A stretch of 64,000 bases of DNA from Kiritimatiellia bacterium (GTDB lineage Bacteria; Verrucomicrobiota; Kiritimatiellia; RFP12; UBA1067). Numbering within the stretch: position 1 is the first letter of the stretch; the number at the start of each line of letters is the position of its first letter. The notes under the pieces were generated by a model that was not told the origin of the DNA, searched no databases, and was given only the letters and a program-made list of their open reading frames with translations. This document shows positions 63,083 to 64,000 of the stretch, piece by piece. Position numbers and translations under genes: made by a program. The stretch is taken from positions 2,323 through 66,322 of the forward strand of contig JAQVSS010000002.1 of assembly GCA_028700415.1 (NCBI GenBank), in the 5' to 3' direction.

Positions 63083-64000
63083 ATGGAATGCCGGTGGCCC
63101 GAACAGGCGACGTTTAAATCATATGGGGATTTTTACAAGAAATTCCGTGTGAAACTGCCTGCGACGTTCAATTTCGCGTTTGATGTCCTGGATGTGGTTG
63201 CGGCAAAAGATCCCGGCCGCCGCGCGCTGGTGTGGTGCGACGACCACGGCGAGGAACGGGTCTTCACGATGGAGGACATTTCCCGCGAGAGCAACCGGGC
63301 GGCCAACGTGTTCAAGGCGCTGGGCATTCGGCGCGGCGACGCGGTGATGCTGATCCTCCGGCGGCGTTACGAGTACTGGCCCGCGGTGATGGGGCTATGT
63401 AAACTCGGCGCGATCGCCATTCCGGCGACGAACCAGCTGATGAAGAAAGACATCGCGTACCGCGTGAAGGCAGCCGGCGTGAAGATGATCCTCTCGGTGA
63501 ACGAGCCCTCGATCCGCGAAGCGGTGGACCAGGCGGCGGAGGAGGTGCCGGTCGGGGTGCGGGCGCTGGTCAACGGCGGCGGGGACGGTACGGCGTGGCT
63601 CAATTTCGATGCGCTTGCGGCCGGCGCGCCGGATGTGCTCGACGAAGCCGACTGCGTGCGGAAGACGGGCGCGGGCGACATCATGCTGCTCTACTTCACT
63701 TCCGGCACGACCGGAATGCCGAAAATGGTGCGCCACAATTTCTTCTATCCCTTTGGGCATGTTACCACGGCAAAATACTGGCAGTGCTGTGTGGATGGCG
63801 GGCTGCACCTGACGGTCGCCGAAACCGGCTGGGCCAAGGCCGCATGGGGCAAGCTTTACGGGCAGTGGATGTGCGGCAGCGCGGTGATGGCGTATGACAT
63901 GGACAGGTTTTGCGCGCGGGCGGTGCTGGATGTGATCGTCAAGTACGGGGTGACGACGTTCTGCGCGCCGCCGACCATGTACAGGTATTTCATTAAAGAG
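63083..64000 (+). CDS. AMP-forming acyl-CoA synthetase (medium-chain/ACSM-like), 3' end beyond the right window edge
   Basis: Absent from the track because it has no stop in the window. ATG 63083 with GAAGGAAAGGG upstream. My translation is open to 64000: MECRWPEQATFKSYGDFYKKF...ALVWCDDHGEERVFTMEDISRESNR... The AMP-binding signature is LLYFTSGTTGMPKMV. Confidence 0.8.
   Translation, partial: MECRWPEQATFKSYGDFYKKFRVKLPATFNFAFDVLDVVAAKDPGRRALVWCDDHGEERVFTMEDISRESNRAANVFKALGIRRGDAVMLILRRRYEYWPAVMGLCKLGAIAIPATNQLMKKDIAYRVKAAGVKMILSVNEPSIREAVDQAAEEVPVGVRALVNGGGDGTAWLNFDALAAGAPDVLDEADCVRKTGAGDIMLLYFTSGTTGMPKMVRHNFFYPFGHVTTAKYWQCCVDGGLHLTVAETGWAKAAWGKLYGQWMCGSAVMAYDMDRFCARAVLDVIVKYGVTTFCAPPTMYRYFIKE

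Overview
This is a 64-kb, gene-dense chromosomal segment that looks GC-rich (rough by-eye estimate 60-65% G+C, not computed). I can support 48 protein-coding genes, one gene remnant, two rho-independent terminators and two sigma70-like promoters. Two of the genes run off the window edges, so they are missing from the supplied ORF track. I see no rRNA, tRNA, CRISPR array, transposase, integrase or phage genes. Left to right: an EF-hand membrane protein and nadA (minus strand); tolB-pal-tatA-tatC; hisB-hisA; an M16 peptidase; a SWIM-SNF2 helicase; a giant GH2-like hydrolase; a Tat-exported Gfo/Idh/MocA dehydrogenase with a Tat-exported xylose-isomerase-fold protein; a secreted nucleoside-hydrolase-fold protein; an Fe-ADH; and two tandem GT-C-type membrane glycosyltransferase-like proteins. 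Next comes an electron-bifurcating-type [FeFe]-hydrogenase locus. It holds the structural operon hydC / GHKL ATPase / 2Fe-2S ferredoxin / hydB / hydA, an upstream PHP protein, and a divergent DRTGG / CBS-GHKL kinase / DRTGG operon. Then follow gltX; an OadG/OadB-type Na+-decarboxylase membrane pair; a TRAP transporter whose dctQ is reduced to a 28-codon remnant; a third GT-C/TPR protein; and asnS. After that is a roughly 15-kb exported carbohydrate-active-enzyme cluster: two paralogous beta-helix proteins, DUF4091-like, DUF4838-like, CE15, ceramidase-like, an unknown protein and CE7. The window ends with a degenerate HAD-fold protein; mazG; a delta-alpha-(beta::gamma) 2-oxoacid:ferredoxin oxidoreductase; an XRE-cupin regulator; and an AMP-forming acyl-CoA synthetase that is open at the right edge. 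From this content I infer an anaerobic, saccharolytic diderm, possibly from the PVC superphylum (Kiritimatiellota, Lentisphaerota or Verrucomicrobiota-like); this is inference only. The best leads are (1) the five uncharacterised signalling-type genes wrapped around the hydrogenase, (2) the Q-less TRAP transporter beside an orphan OadGB pair, (3) the paralogous beta-helix proteins in a transporter-less and regulator-less glycan cluster, and (4) the tandem GT-C/TPR proteins. All product calls rest on motifs I recognise in the translations. No database search was run.
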